From: Solirubrobacterales bacterium
Lineage (GTDB): Bacteria > Actinomycetota > Thermoleophilia > Solirubrobacterales > 70-9
DNA: 64,000 nucleotides
NCBI GenBank assembly: GCA_036403515.1
Contig: DASWQV010000093.1
Span: 33,366 to 97,365 of the forward strand
Direction of reading: 5' to 3'
Under the pieces are notes generated by a model. The model was not told the DNA's origin and searched no databases. It was given only the letters and a program-made list of their open reading frames with translations. Position numbers and translations under genes: made by a program. Below are positions 30,113-40,144 of the stretch, one piece after another (the stretch's first letter is position 1; each line of letters starts with the position of its first letter).

Positions 30113-30583
30113 ATGGACTACGCCCCGATCTCGGTCGCTCTCAAGTTCGGCTTTCTGGCGGTTCTCTACCTCTTCCTGCTGTGGATCGCCCGCAGCGCGC
30201 TCAAGGACCTGCGCCGCACCGCCTCGCCGGCGCCCGACGCGACCGGCTTCCACCAGGCCGCCGGGTTCGCCCCTCAGCCGGGAGCTGCCGATGCCTGGCT
30301 GGTGGCGGAGCGCGGCGGCGGCCTCGACCCGGGCGAGCGCTTCGACCTGATCGGCGGCCTCTCGATCGGCCGCTCCTCGGAAGCCGACGTGCGGATCGAC
30401 GATCGCTATGCCTCCGGCGTGCACGCCAGGATCTTCAGCCGCGATGGCCACACCTACGTGGAGGACATGAACTCGACAAACGGCACCTTGCTCAACGACG
30501 CCACCCTGAGCGGCGAGGCTGAGCTGATCGACGGCGACGTGGTGCGGATCGGCGACACGGAGTTCAGGTACGAGGCGGGCTAA
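30113..30583 (+). CDS. fhaB: FhaB/FipA-like membrane-anchored FHA-domain protein
   Basis: N-terminal TM, then the FHA domain (IGRSSEADVRIDDRYASGVHARI, STNGT). Confidence 0.8.
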   Translation: MDYAPISVALKFGFLAVLYLFLLWIARSALKDLRRTASPAPDATGFHQAAGFAPQPGAADAWLVAERGGGLDPGERFDLIGGLSIGRSSEADVRIDDRYASGVHARIFSRDGHTYVEDMNSTNGTLLNDATLSGEAELIDGDVVRIGDTEFRYEAG

Positions 30584-31807
30584 GTGCTGAGGATCGACGA
30601 CCAGGCCTTCCGCTCCGACACGGGGCGCCAGCGCAACGCCAACGAGGACTCCTTCTTCGTGCGCGCGCCGATCTTCGTCGTCGCCGACGGCATGGGCGGC
30701 GCCCAGGCGGGCGAGGTCGCCTCGAAAGCCGCCGCCGACGCCTTCGACATCGACCTCCCCGATGGCTCCCCGGAGCGGGTCCTGCGCGAGACGATCGTCA
30801 CGGCGAACCGCAACATCCACGAGCTGGCGCGAAACGATCCCTCCCGCGCCGGAATGGGGACCACCTTGACCGCCGCGATCGTCAACGCGCAGGCCGAAGA
30901 GGTCGCGATCGGCCACGTCGGCGACAGCCGCGCCTACCGTTTGCGCGCCGGCAGCCTCGAACAGCTCACCCGCGATCACTCGCTGGTCGAGGAGATGCGG
31001 CGCAAGGGCCAGCTCACCGACGCCCAGGCCGAGGACCACCCACAGCGCTCGATCATCACCCGCGCGCTCGGTCCCGAGCCCGAGGTCGAGCCGGACGTGC
31101 AGACGGTGCCCGCCGCACCGGGCGACGTCTTCCTGATCTGCTCGGACGGGCTGACGACGATGCTCGGCGAGGAGCAGATCGCAAAGCTGCTCCTCGCTGC
31201 CACCTCGATGGACGCCGCGGTGCGGGCGCTGGTCGACGAAGCCAATCGCGCCGGCGGCCGCGACAACATCACCGCGCTCGCCTTCCGGCTCGAAGACGCG
31301 GCGGCGCCGAAGCAGAGCCACGAGGACGCGACCTTGATCGGCAGCACGGCCGCCGAGGCTGGGTTGACCGCCACCGAGGTGCGCCGCCGCGCGGCGGCGG
31401 CCGCCGCCCGCGAACGACGTGAGCAGATCGCCGCCGAGCAGCCGCGCCGGGGCCTGCGGCGGGCCGCCAAGATCCTCGCGGTCGTCGTCGTGCTCGCGGC
31501 GCTGGCCTTCGGCGCCTGGTACGGCAATCGACAGGTCTGGTTCCTGGGTACCGACGAAAGCGGCCGCGTTGCCCTCTACCGCGGTCTGCCCTACGAACTG
31601 CCCTTCGGCATCAACCTCTACCAAGAGCGCTACGCGAGCCCGATCCAGGCCGGCTCTCTGCCGCCGCGCCGACGCGAAGCGGCGACCGGACACGACCTGC
31701 GCTCGCGCGAGGACGCCGCCTCGCTGGTCGAAGACATCGAACGTGCCGCCGAAAACCCGCCCGCGGCGGACGCGGAAGCGCGGACACGAGGCAGCGGGGG
31801 ACGATGA
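30584..31807 (+). CDS. pstP: PP2C-family Ser/Thr phosphatase (PstP-like) with TM and extracellular tail
   Basis: R..NEDS, ADGMGG, GTT and the SDGL, DNIT PP2C motifs, plus a TM helix (ILAVVVVLAALAFGAW). Confidence 0.9.
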   Translation: MLRIDDQAFRSDTGRQRNANEDSFFVRAPIFVVADGMGGAQAGEVASKAAADAFDIDLPDGSPERVLRETIVTANRNIHELARNDPSRAGMGTTLTAAIVNAQAEEVAIGHVGDSRAYRLRAGSLEQLTRDHSLVEEMRRKGQLTDAQAEDHPQRSIITRALGPEPEVEPDVQTVPAAPGDVFLICSDGLTTMLGEEQIAKLLLAATSMDAAVRALVDEANRAGGRDNITALAFRLEDAAAPKQSHEDATLIGSTAAEAGLTATEVRRRAAAAAARERREQIAAEQPRRGLRRAAKILAVVVVLAALAFGAWYGNRQVWFLGTDESGRVALYRGLPYELPFGINLYQERYASPIQAGSLPPRRREAATGHDLRSREDAASLVEDIERAAENPPAADAEARTRGSGGR

Positions 31808-31843
31808 GCGTGTCCGCGCGGGGCAGAGTACGCGGGCGGAACT

Positions 31844-33178
31844 TTGATGTCGGCTAGGAACCGGGAGCTGTTTGCCCTCGTCCCGGTGGCCCTGCTGCTC
31901 ACCGCTGGCTTCACCGCGGTCTTCGCCCAGGAGAGCTCGCAGCTCGACAACCTCAGCCTGATCTACGGGGCCTACTTCTTCGCCGTCTGCCTCGCCACCC
32001 ACATCTACCTGCGCATCAGGCTGCCCTTCGCCGACCCGTATCTGTTCCCGCTGGCGGCGCTGCTGATGGCCTTCGGCCTGGTGATGATCTACCGCATCGA
32101 CGCCAGCCTCGCCCGCGACCAGGCCAACTGGTTCGTGCTCGGCCTCGTCCTCTTCGCGCTGACGATCCAGTTCCTGCGCGACTACGACGTGCTCGAGCGC
32201 TACCGCTACACGATCGCCGTGGCCGGGCTGCTGCTGCTGCTGGCGCCACGCCTGCCGGGAATCGGCGAACAGGTCAACGGGGCCTACCTCGGGGTCAAGC
32301 TCGGCCCGCTCGCCTTCCAGCCGGCCGAGTTCTCGAAGATCTGCCTGGTCGTCTTCCTCGCCAGCTACCTGCGTGAGCACCGCGAGGTGCTGATCGTCGG
32401 CGCCCGGCGGGTGCTCGGGGTGACCTTGCCGCCGCTCAAGCACTTCGGGCCGATGCTGGTCGTCTGGGGCGCCTCGATGTTCATGCTCGTCTTCATCCGC
32501 GACCTCGGCAGCTCGCTGATGTTCTTCGCCGCCTTCCTGGCCCTGCTCTACGTGGCGACGGGGCGCTTCTCCTTCGTCGCGATCGGCATGGCGATGTTCC
32601 TCGTCGGCGCCTGGTTCTTCGCGGCGACCGTGCCCCACGTCCATGACAGGGTCGAGATCTGGCTCAATCCCTATGCGCATCCGCAGGGGAGCGGCTACCA
32701 GATCCTCCAATCGATCTTTTCCCAGGCCGACGGCGGGCTCTTCGGCAAGGGCTTCGGTCAGGCGCTGATCACCGTTCCGGGGACCCATGCGGCGCTGCTT
32801 CCGGCGGCCCAGACTGACACGATCTACTCGCTGATCGTCAACGAGCTCGGCCTCTTCGGCGCCTGCGCGGTGATCCTGACCTACCTGCTGATCGCGGCGC
32901 GCGGCTTCAAGATCGCCCTGCTCTCGGCGGACGGCTTCTCGAAGCTGCTGGCGGCCGGGCTCACCGCGGTCTTCTCGATCCAGGCCTTCGTCATCATCGG
33001 CGGCGTCACCCGGGTGATCCCTCTGACCGGGGTCACCCTCCCGTTCATCAGCTACGGCGGCAGCTCGATCGTCGCCAACTTCGTCCTTCTCGCGCTCCTC
33101 CTGCTGGTCTCCGACCGCGCCCGCCGCGAGGCCGGAGCGGGGGCACGCTCCGGTGATTTCGCCCTGGGGAGGAGCTGA
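31844..33178 (+). CDS. rodA: FtsW/RodA/SpoVE family peptidoglycan polymerase
   Basis: Ten-TM SEDS protein with FQPAEF.K, the QTDTIYS (SEDS TDFI-like) motif and PLTGVTLPFISYGGSS. ATG 31847 is an equally possible start. Confidence 0.9.
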   Translation: MMSARNRELFALVPVALLLTAGFTAVFAQESSQLDNLSLIYGAYFFAVCLATHIYLRIRLPFADPYLFPLAALLMAFGLVMIYRIDASLARDQANWFVLGLVLFALTIQFLRDYDVLERYRYTIAVAGLLLLLAPRLPGIGEQVNGAYLGVKLGPLAFQPAEFSKICLVVFLASYLREHREVLIVGARRVLGVTLPPLKHFGPMLVVWGASMFMLVFIRDLGSSLMFFAAFLALLYVATGRFSFVAIGMAMFLVGAWFFAATVPHVHDRVEIWLNPYAHPQGSGYQILQSIFSQADGGLFGKGFGQALITVPGTHAALLPAAQTDTIYSLIVNELGLFGACAVILTYLLIAARGFKIALLSADGFSKLLAAGLTAVFSIQAFVIIGGVTRVIPLTGVTLPFISYGGSSIVANFVLLALLLLVSDRARREAGAGARSGDFALGRS

Positions 33179-33179
33179 G

Positions 33180-34637
33180 GTGAACCGCCAGATCATCAAG
33201 CTCTTCGGCCTTGTCGTAGCGCTCTTCGCGGTGCTGATCGGCTTCACCTCGTACTGGTCCGTCTTCGATGCCTCGGCGCTGAAGGGGAAGGACGCCAACA
33301 AGCGCCCGCTGCTCGAGCAGCAGCAGATCAAGCGCGGCCGCATCCTTGCCGCTGACGGAACCGTGATCGCCCGTTCGGTCCCGAAGGGCCACGGGGCGAG
33401 CCTGCGCTACGTGCGCCGCTATCCCGAAGGCTCGCTCTACGGCCACCCGATCGGCTACAGCTTCGTGCAGCAGGGCGACAGCGAGTTCGAGCAGTTCCAC
33501 AACGACGAGCTGGTCGGCAACGAATCCGAATTCGGCTCGATCCTCGACCAGTTGCGCGGCGCCAGCCAGGAGGGCAGCGACGTCGTCACCAACCTCGACC
33601 CGGCCGCTCAGGCGACCGCGCTCGAAGACCTGCGCGAAGCCGGCTTCGGCGCGGTCGTCGCGATCGAGCCGCAGAGCGGGCGGGTGCGGGTGATGGCCTC
33701 GAACCCGCCCTTCGACCCAAATCGCGTTCCGTATGAACTCTCGAAGCTGAACACGAACGAAATCGAAAGGCCGCTCTTCAATCGTGCCACTCAGGGCCAG
33801 TACCCGCCGGGCTCGACCTTCAAGGTGGTGACCGCCGCCGCCGGCCTGGAAAGCGGCACGATCACGCCGGAGACGCCGATCGACGCGCCGGGATCCATCG
33901 AAGTCGAAGGCACGCCGCTCGAAAACGACTTCGGCGAGAGCTTCCCCGGCGCGACGCTGGATACGGCGCTGACCAACTCGGTCAACACCTGGTTCGGCCA
34001 GCTCGGCCAGCGCCTCGGCAACGACACCCTGTTCGAGTACATGGAAAAGTTCGGCTTCAACTCGACCCCGGCGATCGACCTCCCCGCCGATGAGGTCTCA
34101 AAGAGCGGTGTTTTCAGCGAAGAAGAACTGCTGGGCGCCAACGACCCGGTGGACCTTGCCCGGGTGGCGATCGGCCAGGAGCGGCTGGCGGTGACGCCGC
34201 TGCAGATGGCGCTCGTCGCCGCCGCCGTTGCCAACAAGGGCAAGGAGATGAAGCCGCAGATCTGGAGCCGTGTGGTGGATCCGGACGGCCGCGTCACCAA
34301 GCGACTCGATCCCTCCCAGTACAGTCAGCCGATCAGCGCCCAGACAGCCGAAGAGCTGACCACCGCGATGGAAGGTGTCGTCAGCGAAGGGACCGGCACC
34401 AACGCGGAGATCCCAGGCGTTCAGGTTGCGGGCAAGACCGGCACGGCGGAAACGCCAGGCAACGAAGCCTGCGGCGGCGGAGAAGAAGAGAACCAGGCGT
34501 GGTTCATCGGCTTCGCGCCCGCCGACGACCCGCAGATAGCGATCGCGGCCACGGTCGAGTGCACGGAAGAATTCGGCAACGACGTAGCCGCGCCGATTTT
34601 CCGCGACGTGGCCGAAACGATCCTCAATGGCGAATGA
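33180..34637 (+). CDS. pbpA: class B penicillin-binding protein (PbpA-like transpeptidase)
   Basis: STFK, SVN and KTGTAE motifs. GTG start 2 nt after the rodA stop, with GGGGAGGAG Shine-Dalgarno. Confidence 0.9.
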   Translation: MNRQIIKLFGLVVALFAVLIGFTSYWSVFDASALKGKDANKRPLLEQQQIKRGRILAADGTVIARSVPKGHGASLRYVRRYPEGSLYGHPIGYSFVQQGDSEFEQFHNDELVGNESEFGSILDQLRGASQEGSDVVTNLDPAAQATALEDLREAGFGAVVAIEPQSGRVRVMASNPPFDPNRVPYELSKLNTNEIERPLFNRATQGQYPPGSTFKVVTAAAGLESGTITPETPIDAPGSIEVEGTPLENDFGESFPGATLDTALTNSVNTWFGQLGQRLGNDTLFEYMEKFGFNSTPAIDLPADEVSKSGVFSEEELLGANDPVDLARVAIGQERLAVTPLQMALVAAAVANKGKEMKPQIWSRVVDPDGRVTKRLDPSQYSQPISAQTAEELTTAMEGVVSEGTGTNAEIPGVQVAGKTGTAETPGNEACGGGEEENQAWFIGFAPADDPQIAIAATVECTEEFGNDVAAPIFRDVAETILNGE

Positions 34638-34711
34638 GATAGAACAGCCGCCGATGGGCCTGAAAGCGATCCATATCTCTGCTTTGAGTCCCGTCGGCGC
34701 CGAGGTGGCTC

Positions 34712-36583
34712 GTGGCTGAGGTGGGGCAGGGGTCCGTGGTGGATGGGCGCTACACGGTTCTGCAGCGGATTGGCTCGGGGGGGATGGCCGATGTCTGGCT
34801 TGCCGACGACACGCACCTGCAGCGTCGCGTCGCGCTGAAGGTCCTGCACGCCCGCTTCGCCCAGGACGGCGAGTTCGTCGAGCGCTTCCGCCGCGAGGCC
34901 GAGTCGGCCGCCGGCCTGCAGCACCCCAACGTCGTCGCCGTCTTCGATCGTGGCGACGTCGACGGCACCTACTACATCGCGATGCAATACCTCGAGGGCC
35001 GCACGCTGAAGCAGCTGATCGACGCCGGGCTGACGCCGGAGCAGGCGGCCGGTCTGATCCGCCAGGTGCTCGAGGGGGCCCGCTTTGCGCACCGTCACGG
35101 TGTCGTGCACCGTGACCTCAAGCCCCAAAACGTGATCGTCGACGCCGACGGCAAGGCGACGGTGACCGACTTTGGCATTGCCCGCGCCGGCGTCTCGGAG
35201 ATCACCCAGGCCGGCTCGGTGATGGGCACGCCGCATTACCTCTCGCCGGAGCAGGCCCAGGGCTTCGACGTGACCGCGGTCTCCGACCTCTACTCGATCG
35301 GGGTGATGCTCTACGAGGCACTGACCGGCCGGGTGCCATTCGAGGGGGACTCCGCGGTCGCCGTCGCGATGAAACAGGTCTCCCAGGTCCCGCAGCGGCC
35401 GAGCTCGATCAATCCACAGATCTCACCGGCGCTCGATGCCGTGGTGATGCGGGCGCTCGAAAAGGACCCCGGTCAGCGCTTTCAGAGCGCCGACGCCTTC
35501 ATCGCCGCCCTCGATGCGGCGCTGAAGGATCCGGGCGCTGGCGCCGGGACCGCGGCCTTCGCGGCGCTGCCGCCAATCGTCGCCACGCCGGAGGAGCCGG
35601 TCGAGGAAGGGGAGGAGGAGAGCTCCCGCCCGCTGATCTGGCTGCTGGTCGCGGCCGCGGTATTGATCGGCCTGCTGGCCGGCTTTGCGCTGACCCGCGA
35701 CACGACCACCGAGGTCCCGAAGGTCACCGGCGAATCGCTCAACCTCGCCTTTGCCCGCCTGCAGCAGGACGGCTTCGACGTCGGCGAAGTGAAGCGGGTC
35801 GAGCGCGAAGCGCCGGCAAACACCGTGCTCGAGCAGGACCCGGCGGCCTCCCCGCCGGCAGATGAAGCGTCGCTCGACTGCGCCTTCCTCAACTTCTTCT
35901 GCTCGAAGCCGAAGGTGATGTTGACGGTCAGCGCCGGCCCCGGCCGCGCCAAGGTTCCCTCGACCGCGGGCCTGACGGTCTCCGAAGCCGAAGAAGAGCT
36001 CGAAAAAGCGGGCTTCAAAGCCGAGGTCGAACGCGCGCATTCCGAAGCCGTCGAAGAAGGGCTGGTCATTCACTCGAAGCCCGGCGGCGGCGAAACGGCG
36101 ACACTGGGCACCGACGTCGTCCTTACCGTCTCCAGCGGCCCGAAGTTGGCGACGGTCCCCGTCTTGGCCGGGACGCAGCGTTCGGTGGCGGTCCAGCAGA
36201 TCCGCGGCCGCGGTTTCACGCCCAGCGTCGAAGAAGAAGAGAGCGCCAAGCCGGTCGGGGAGGTGATTCGCCAGCAGCCCAACGCGGGCTCGCAGCTCCC
36301 CGCCGGATCGACGGTCTTGATCGTCGTCTCAAAGGGAGAAACGAAGGCGACTGTGCCGAACGTGATCGGCAAGCTGCGCGCCGACGCGGTGGAAACCCTG
36401 CGCGCCGAAGGTTTGAAGCCGACCGTGAACGAAACCGAAACCGAAGTGCCGTCCCAGGTCGGTCGCGTCACCGACCAGTTCCCGCCGCCGGGATCGGAAG
36501 TGAAGCCGGGTTCCGCCGTCACAGTCGTCGTCGGCAAGCAGGCCAGCGGTTCGACCGAACCGGAAACCGGAACCGAAGAATGA
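34712..36583 (+). CDS. pknB: Ser/Thr kinase PknB with four PASTA domains
   Basis: GSGGMADVW, ALKV, HRDLKPQN, DFG and SPEQ, then a TM helix followed by four PASTA repeats. Confidence 0.9.
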   Translation: MAEVGQGSVVDGRYTVLQRIGSGGMADVWLADDTHLQRRVALKVLHARFAQDGEFVERFRREAESAAGLQHPNVVAVFDRGDVDGTYYIAMQYLEGRTLKQLIDAGLTPEQAAGLIRQVLEGARFAHRHGVVHRDLKPQNVIVDADGKATVTDFGIARAGVSEITQAGSVMGTPHYLSPEQAQGFDVTAVSDLYSIGVMLYEALTGRVPFEGDSAVAVAMKQVSQVPQRPSSINPQISPALDAVVMRALEKDPGQRFQSADAFIAALDAALKDPGAGAGTAAFAALPPIVATPEEPVEEGEEESSRPLIWLLVAAAVLIGLLAGFALTRDTTTEVPKVTGESLNLAFARLQQDGFDVGEVKRVEREAPANTVLEQDPAASPPADEASLDCAFLNFFCSKPKVMLTVSAGPGRAKVPSTAGLTVSEAEEELEKAGFKAEVERAHSEAVEEGLVIHSKPGGGETATLGTDVVLTVSSGPKLATVPVLAGTQRSVAVQQIRGRGFTPSVEEEESAKPVGEVIRQQPNAGSQLPAGSTVLIVVSKGETKATVPNVIGKLRADAVETLRAEGLKPTVNETETEVPSQVGRVTDQFPPPGSEVKPGSAVTVVVGKQASGSTEPETGTEE

Positions 36584-37545
36584 GGATCGCGGTGCTCAGC
36601 GGCGGCCGCTCCTCGGAGCACGACGTCTCGCTGCGCTCGGGGGAGGCGGTGGCGCGCGGCCTGGAAGAGGCGGGCCACGAGGTGCTGCGGGTGAAGATCT
36701 CCCGCGCCGGCGCCTGGAGCCTGGACGGCGTGCCAGTCGAGCTCGCCGCGGCCGCGGGCCTGCTCGACTCCGACGTGGCCTTTCCGGCCCTGCACGGACC
36801 CTTCGGCGAGGACGGCAGCGTGCAGGGCCTGCTCGAGTGGCTCGACCTCCCCTACGTCGGCTCAGACGTCCTCTCCTCGGCGCTCTGCATGGACAAGCTG
36901 ACGCTGAAGCGGCTCTTCGCCCAGGCCGGGATCCCGCAGGTCGATTTCGTCGCGGCTGGAGAGCCGGGCTGGCGCGAGCGCTGCGAGGCGATCGGCCTGC
37001 CGCTCTGGGTGAAGCCCTCCCGCCTTGGCTCCAGCGTCGGCATCAGCAAAGTCGAGACCGCCGGCGAGCTGGACCAAGCCGTCGAGCTTGCCCGCCGCCA
37101 CGACCCGCGGGTAATCGTCGAGGCCTCCGCTTCGGGCCGCGAGGTCGAGTGCTCGCTGCTCGGCAACGAGGAGGTCGAGGCCTCCCAGCCCGGCGAGGTC
37201 GTCGCCAACGGCGAGTGGTACGACTATGCGACGAAGTACCGCGAAGGTGGCATGGAGCTGGTCGTGCCTGCCCCCCTCCCCGATGAGCAGCTCGACCGCG
37301 TGCGCGAGCTCGCCGTTTCCGCATTCGAGCTCGGCGGCTGCTCCGGCCTTGCCCGCTGCGACTTCTTCGTCGAGCCCGACGGCGCCGTCCTCGTCAACGA
37401 GATCAACACGATGCCGGGCTTCACCGAGACCAGCGTCTACGCCAAGCTCTGGGCGGCCTCGGGGCTCGACTACCCAACCCTTTGCGACCGTCTGGTTGCA
37501 CTCGCGGTCGAGCGCCACCAGCGCAGCCGCTCTTTTGAGTTCTGA
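36580..37545 (+). CDS. ddl: D-alanine--D-alanine ligase (paralog 2)
   Basis: MRIAVLSGGRSSEHDVSLRSG, an ATP-grasp body and EINTMPGFT. The ATG overlaps the pknB stop (ATGA). Confidence 0.88.
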   Translation: MRIAVLSGGRSSEHDVSLRSGEAVARGLEEAGHEVLRVKISRAGAWSLDGVPVELAAAAGLLDSDVAFPALHGPFGEDGSVQGLLEWLDLPYVGSDVLSSALCMDKLTLKRLFAQAGIPQVDFVAAGEPGWRERCEAIGLPLWVKPSRLGSSVGISKVETAGELDQAVELARRHDPRVIVEASASGREVECSLLGNEEVEASQPGEVVANGEWYDYATKYREGGMELVVPAPLPDEQLDRVRELAVSAFELGGCSGLARCDFFVEPDGAVLVNEINTMPGFTETSVYAKLWAASGLDYPTLCDRLVALAVERHQRSRSFEF

Positions 37546-37554
37546 GCCTCGGGG

Positions 37555-39069
37555 CTAGCGCAGCAGTTTGATGTCGCTGATCTCGACCTGGTAGCCGCCG
37601 AACTGGTCGTGGGCTTCGGAGGCCTTGTTGAACCAGAGCAGGAAGTAAGTGGCGGGTTCCTCGACGCTCAGGTCGATCTCCTCGTTGGAGGTGGCGTCGA
37701 CCACGGTGGCGACGGGTTCTCCCCATTCGGAGAGCTCTTCTGGCGGGCCTGATGCAGCCGCGAAGACCTCGGCGTCCCAGCCGGTCGTCGGCGTGCGGAC
37801 GATCATCTTCTCTGGCTTGGCCGGCGAGGCGGTCTTTACGTAGATGCCAACCCCAGGGTCAGGGCCGGTCTTCGTGCCGGCAAAGGTGTCGGATTCGTAG
37901 TGCTCGGTTTCCCAGGCGGTCCCGGTTGGGTCGCCGTCGACCGAGAGTTCGACCTTGTTGCCCACCTCTTCGCCGTCGCCCTGCGGGTCGTAGTCGGTCG
38001 CCGAGCTGATCGAAACCGGGCTGCCCTTGCCCTGGTTGGCGCCACCGCCACCGAGGTTGCCGTTCGAGATCAGCTGCACGGCAAGCAGAATTGCGCCGGC
38101 GACCAGGAGCAGGGCCAGGATCGCCGCCCAGCTCCAGCGAGCTCGGCTCGAGAGCTCGCGCTTCGGCGGCGGCACGGCGTCGAGCACGCTGGTCGCCTCG
38201 CCGGTGGTCGAGCCCGCCCTCGCCGCCTCGACCTCGAGCGCGGTCGAGAGGTCGTCGATCATCTCGCCGACCTGCTGGTAGCGCCCGGCCGGGTCCTTGG
38301 CCGTCGCTCGCTCGACCACCAACGCCACCGCGGCGGAAACGTCCGGCCGGCGCCGCTGCACGTCGGGCAGCTCCTCGTTGACGTGCTTCATCGCCACGCC
38401 GACCTGGCTGTCGGCGGCGAAGGGGACCTGGCCGACCAGCATCTCGTAGAGGACGACGCCGAGTGAGTAGATGTCGGTGCGCGGGTCGACTTTTCGTCCC
38501 ATCGCCTGCTCGGGCGCGACGTAGTCGGTCGTGCCGAGCACGCGGCCGGTGGCGGTCATCCCATCCTGCTCCAGCTGGCGGGAAATGCCGAAGTCGGTCA
38601 GCTTCGCCCGTCCCTCGGCGTCGATCAGGATGTTCTGCGGCTTGATGTCTCGGTGAACCATGTGACGGGCGTGGGCGACGGAGAGGCCGCGGGCGATCTC
38701 GATCGCGTAGGCGATCGCCTCCTGGGGATCGAGCGCGCCGTTGCGGCCGATCCGCTGCTTGAGCGTTTCGCCCTCGATGTACTCGAAGACGATGTAGGGG
38801 TGGCCGCCGTCCTCGCCGGCGTCGATCACCGAGACCACATTGGGGTGTGAGAACTTGGCCACCGAGCGCGCCTCCTGGCGGAAGCGCTCGAGCTGGTCGG
38901 CCTGCTCGGACATCTCGCGGTGCATCACCTTGACCGCGACGGGCCGGTCAAGCGTCTGATCGCGCGCCAGGTAGACGGTCGACATGCCGCCGCTGCCCAG
39001 CTTTGCCTCCAGCCGGTAGCGGCCGGAGAGAACCGTGCCGATCATCGCGCTGCTCGAGCGGGCTTCCAT
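37555..39069 (-). CDS. Ser/Thr protein kinase with TM and extracellular beta-rich domain
   Basis: GSGGMSTVY, AVKV, HRDIKPQN, DFG and APEQ, then a TM helix (WAAILALLLVAGAILLAV) and a ~170-aa C-terminal ectodomain. Confidence 0.85.
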   Translation of the reverse strand: MEARSSSAMIGTVLSGRYRLEAKLGSGGMSTVYLARDQTLDRPVAVKVMHREMSEQADQLERFRQEARSVAKFSHPNVVSVIDAGEDGGHPYIVFEYIEGETLKQRIGRNGALDPQEAIAYAIEIARGLSVAHARHMVHRDIKPQNILIDAEGRAKLTDFGISRQLEQDGMTATGRVLGTTDYVAPEQAMGRKVDPRTDIYSLGVVLYEMLVGQVPFAADSQVGVAMKHVNEELPDVQRRRPDVSAAVALVVERATAKDPAGRYQQVGEMIDDLSTALEVEAARAGSTTGEATSVLDAVPPPKRELSSRARWSWAAILALLLVAGAILLAVQLISNGNLGGGGANQGKGSPVSISSATDYDPQGDGEEVGNKVELSVDGDPTGTAWETEHYESDTFAGTKTGPDPGVGIYVKTASPAKPEKMIVRTPTTGWDAEVFAAASGPPEELSEWGEPVATVVDATSNEEIDLSVEEPATYFLLWFNKASEAHDQFGGYQVEISDIKLLR

Positions 39070-39133
39070 CTAGCTGCTCATATTGTCGGGCACGGTCTCG
39101 ATAGGGGTTCTCTATCGAACCGCGGTCTCCCGC

Positions 39134-40144
39134 TCAGCTGCGGTGGACTTCGTGCAGGCCCTCGACCGCGGCGCCGACTCGCTTTGCCGCCCCGTAGTGG
39201 CGACGGAGCAGCTCGAGCGCCGCAGCCTCTTCCCCAGCGGGGACCACGCAGCAGAAGCCGCAGCCCATGTTGAAGACCTCGTGCATCTCCTCATCCGAGG
39301 TGTTGGAGCGCTCCTGGATCAGGCCGAAGATCGGTGGCGCTGGGAGCGGATCGTCGATCTCATAGCCGACGTCGGCAGCAAGGCGAAGCAGGTTGCCGAG
39401 GCCGCCGGAAGTGATGTGTGCGAGGCCGCGTACCTCGACCCCGGAGCGGAGCAGCTCGAGAATGGGCTTGACGTAGATCTCGGTCGGCGACAGCAGCTCC
39501 TCGCCGAGCGCGCGGCCCAGTCGTGCTTCGGGGTCCTCGCCGAGTGAGAGCCCGTCGAGGGCCGAGCGCGCCAGCGTGTAGCCGTTGGAGTGAAGGCCGG
39601 AGGAGGGGAGGCCGATCACGACGTCGCCGGCTTGCACGGCCGAGCCATCGATGATCTCGCTGAGGGCGACGGTGCCGAAGCAGGCGCCGGAGACGTCGAC
39701 GCCCCGCACCATCTCGCCGAGCTGGGCAAGCTCGCCGCCGGGAATCTCGACCCCCGCCAGCTCGGCGCCGCGGGCAAGCCCGACCCCGACTTCAGCGCAG
39801 ACCGCCGGGTCGGCACGCTCGATCGCGATGTAGTCGAGCATCGCCAGCGGCTCCGCCCCGACGCAGATCACGTCGTTGACGTTCATCGCCACGCAGTCGA
39901 TGCCGACGCTGTCATAGCGCCCGAGCTGCTCGGCGACCAAGAGCTTCGTCCCGACCCCGTCGGTGGAAAGCGCGATCCCGGTCTGCTCGTCGAGCTTGAT
40001 CACGCTCGCGTAGTGGCCCGGCAGCGGCACCTGGCGGGAGGGCCGCCCGAGCTGGATCGCCCCCAGCGCGCTGACCAAGCCGGCGACGGCGGAGTCCGCT
40101 GCGCTCTGGTCGACGCCAGCCTTTGCGTATGCGTCGCCGCTCAC
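39134..40144 (-). CDS. purM: phosphoribosylformylglycinamidine cyclo-ligase (AIR synthetase)
   Basis: The DGVGTK motif and overall PurM layout. The GTG start overlaps the Fic stop (GTGA). Confidence 0.92.
   Translation of the reverse strand: MSGDAYAKAGVDQSAADSAVAGLVSALGAIQLGRPSRQVPLPGHYASVIKLDEQTGIALSTDGVGTKLLVAEQLGRYDSVGIDCVAMNVNDVICVGAEPLAMLDYIAIERADPAVCAEVGVGLARGAELAGVEIPGGELAQLGEMVRGVDVSGACFGTVALSEIIDGSAVQAGDVVIGLPSSGLHSNGYTLARSALDGLSLGEDPEARLGRALGEELLSPTEIYVKPILELLRSGVEVRGLAHITSGGLGNLLRLAADVGYEIDDPLPAPPIFGLIQERSNTSDEEMHEVFNMGCGFCCVVPAGEEAAALELLRRHYGAAKRVGAAVEGLHEVHRS

Noticed and set aside
29342-33343. 1333-aa minus-strand ORF, the longest in the window
   Set aside because: It lies antisense to well-supported fhaA, fhaB, pstP and rodA. 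Its translation is low-complexity (Arg/Gly/Ala/Asp-rich) with no motifs. This is a typical stop-codon-poor antisense frame in a high-GC genome.
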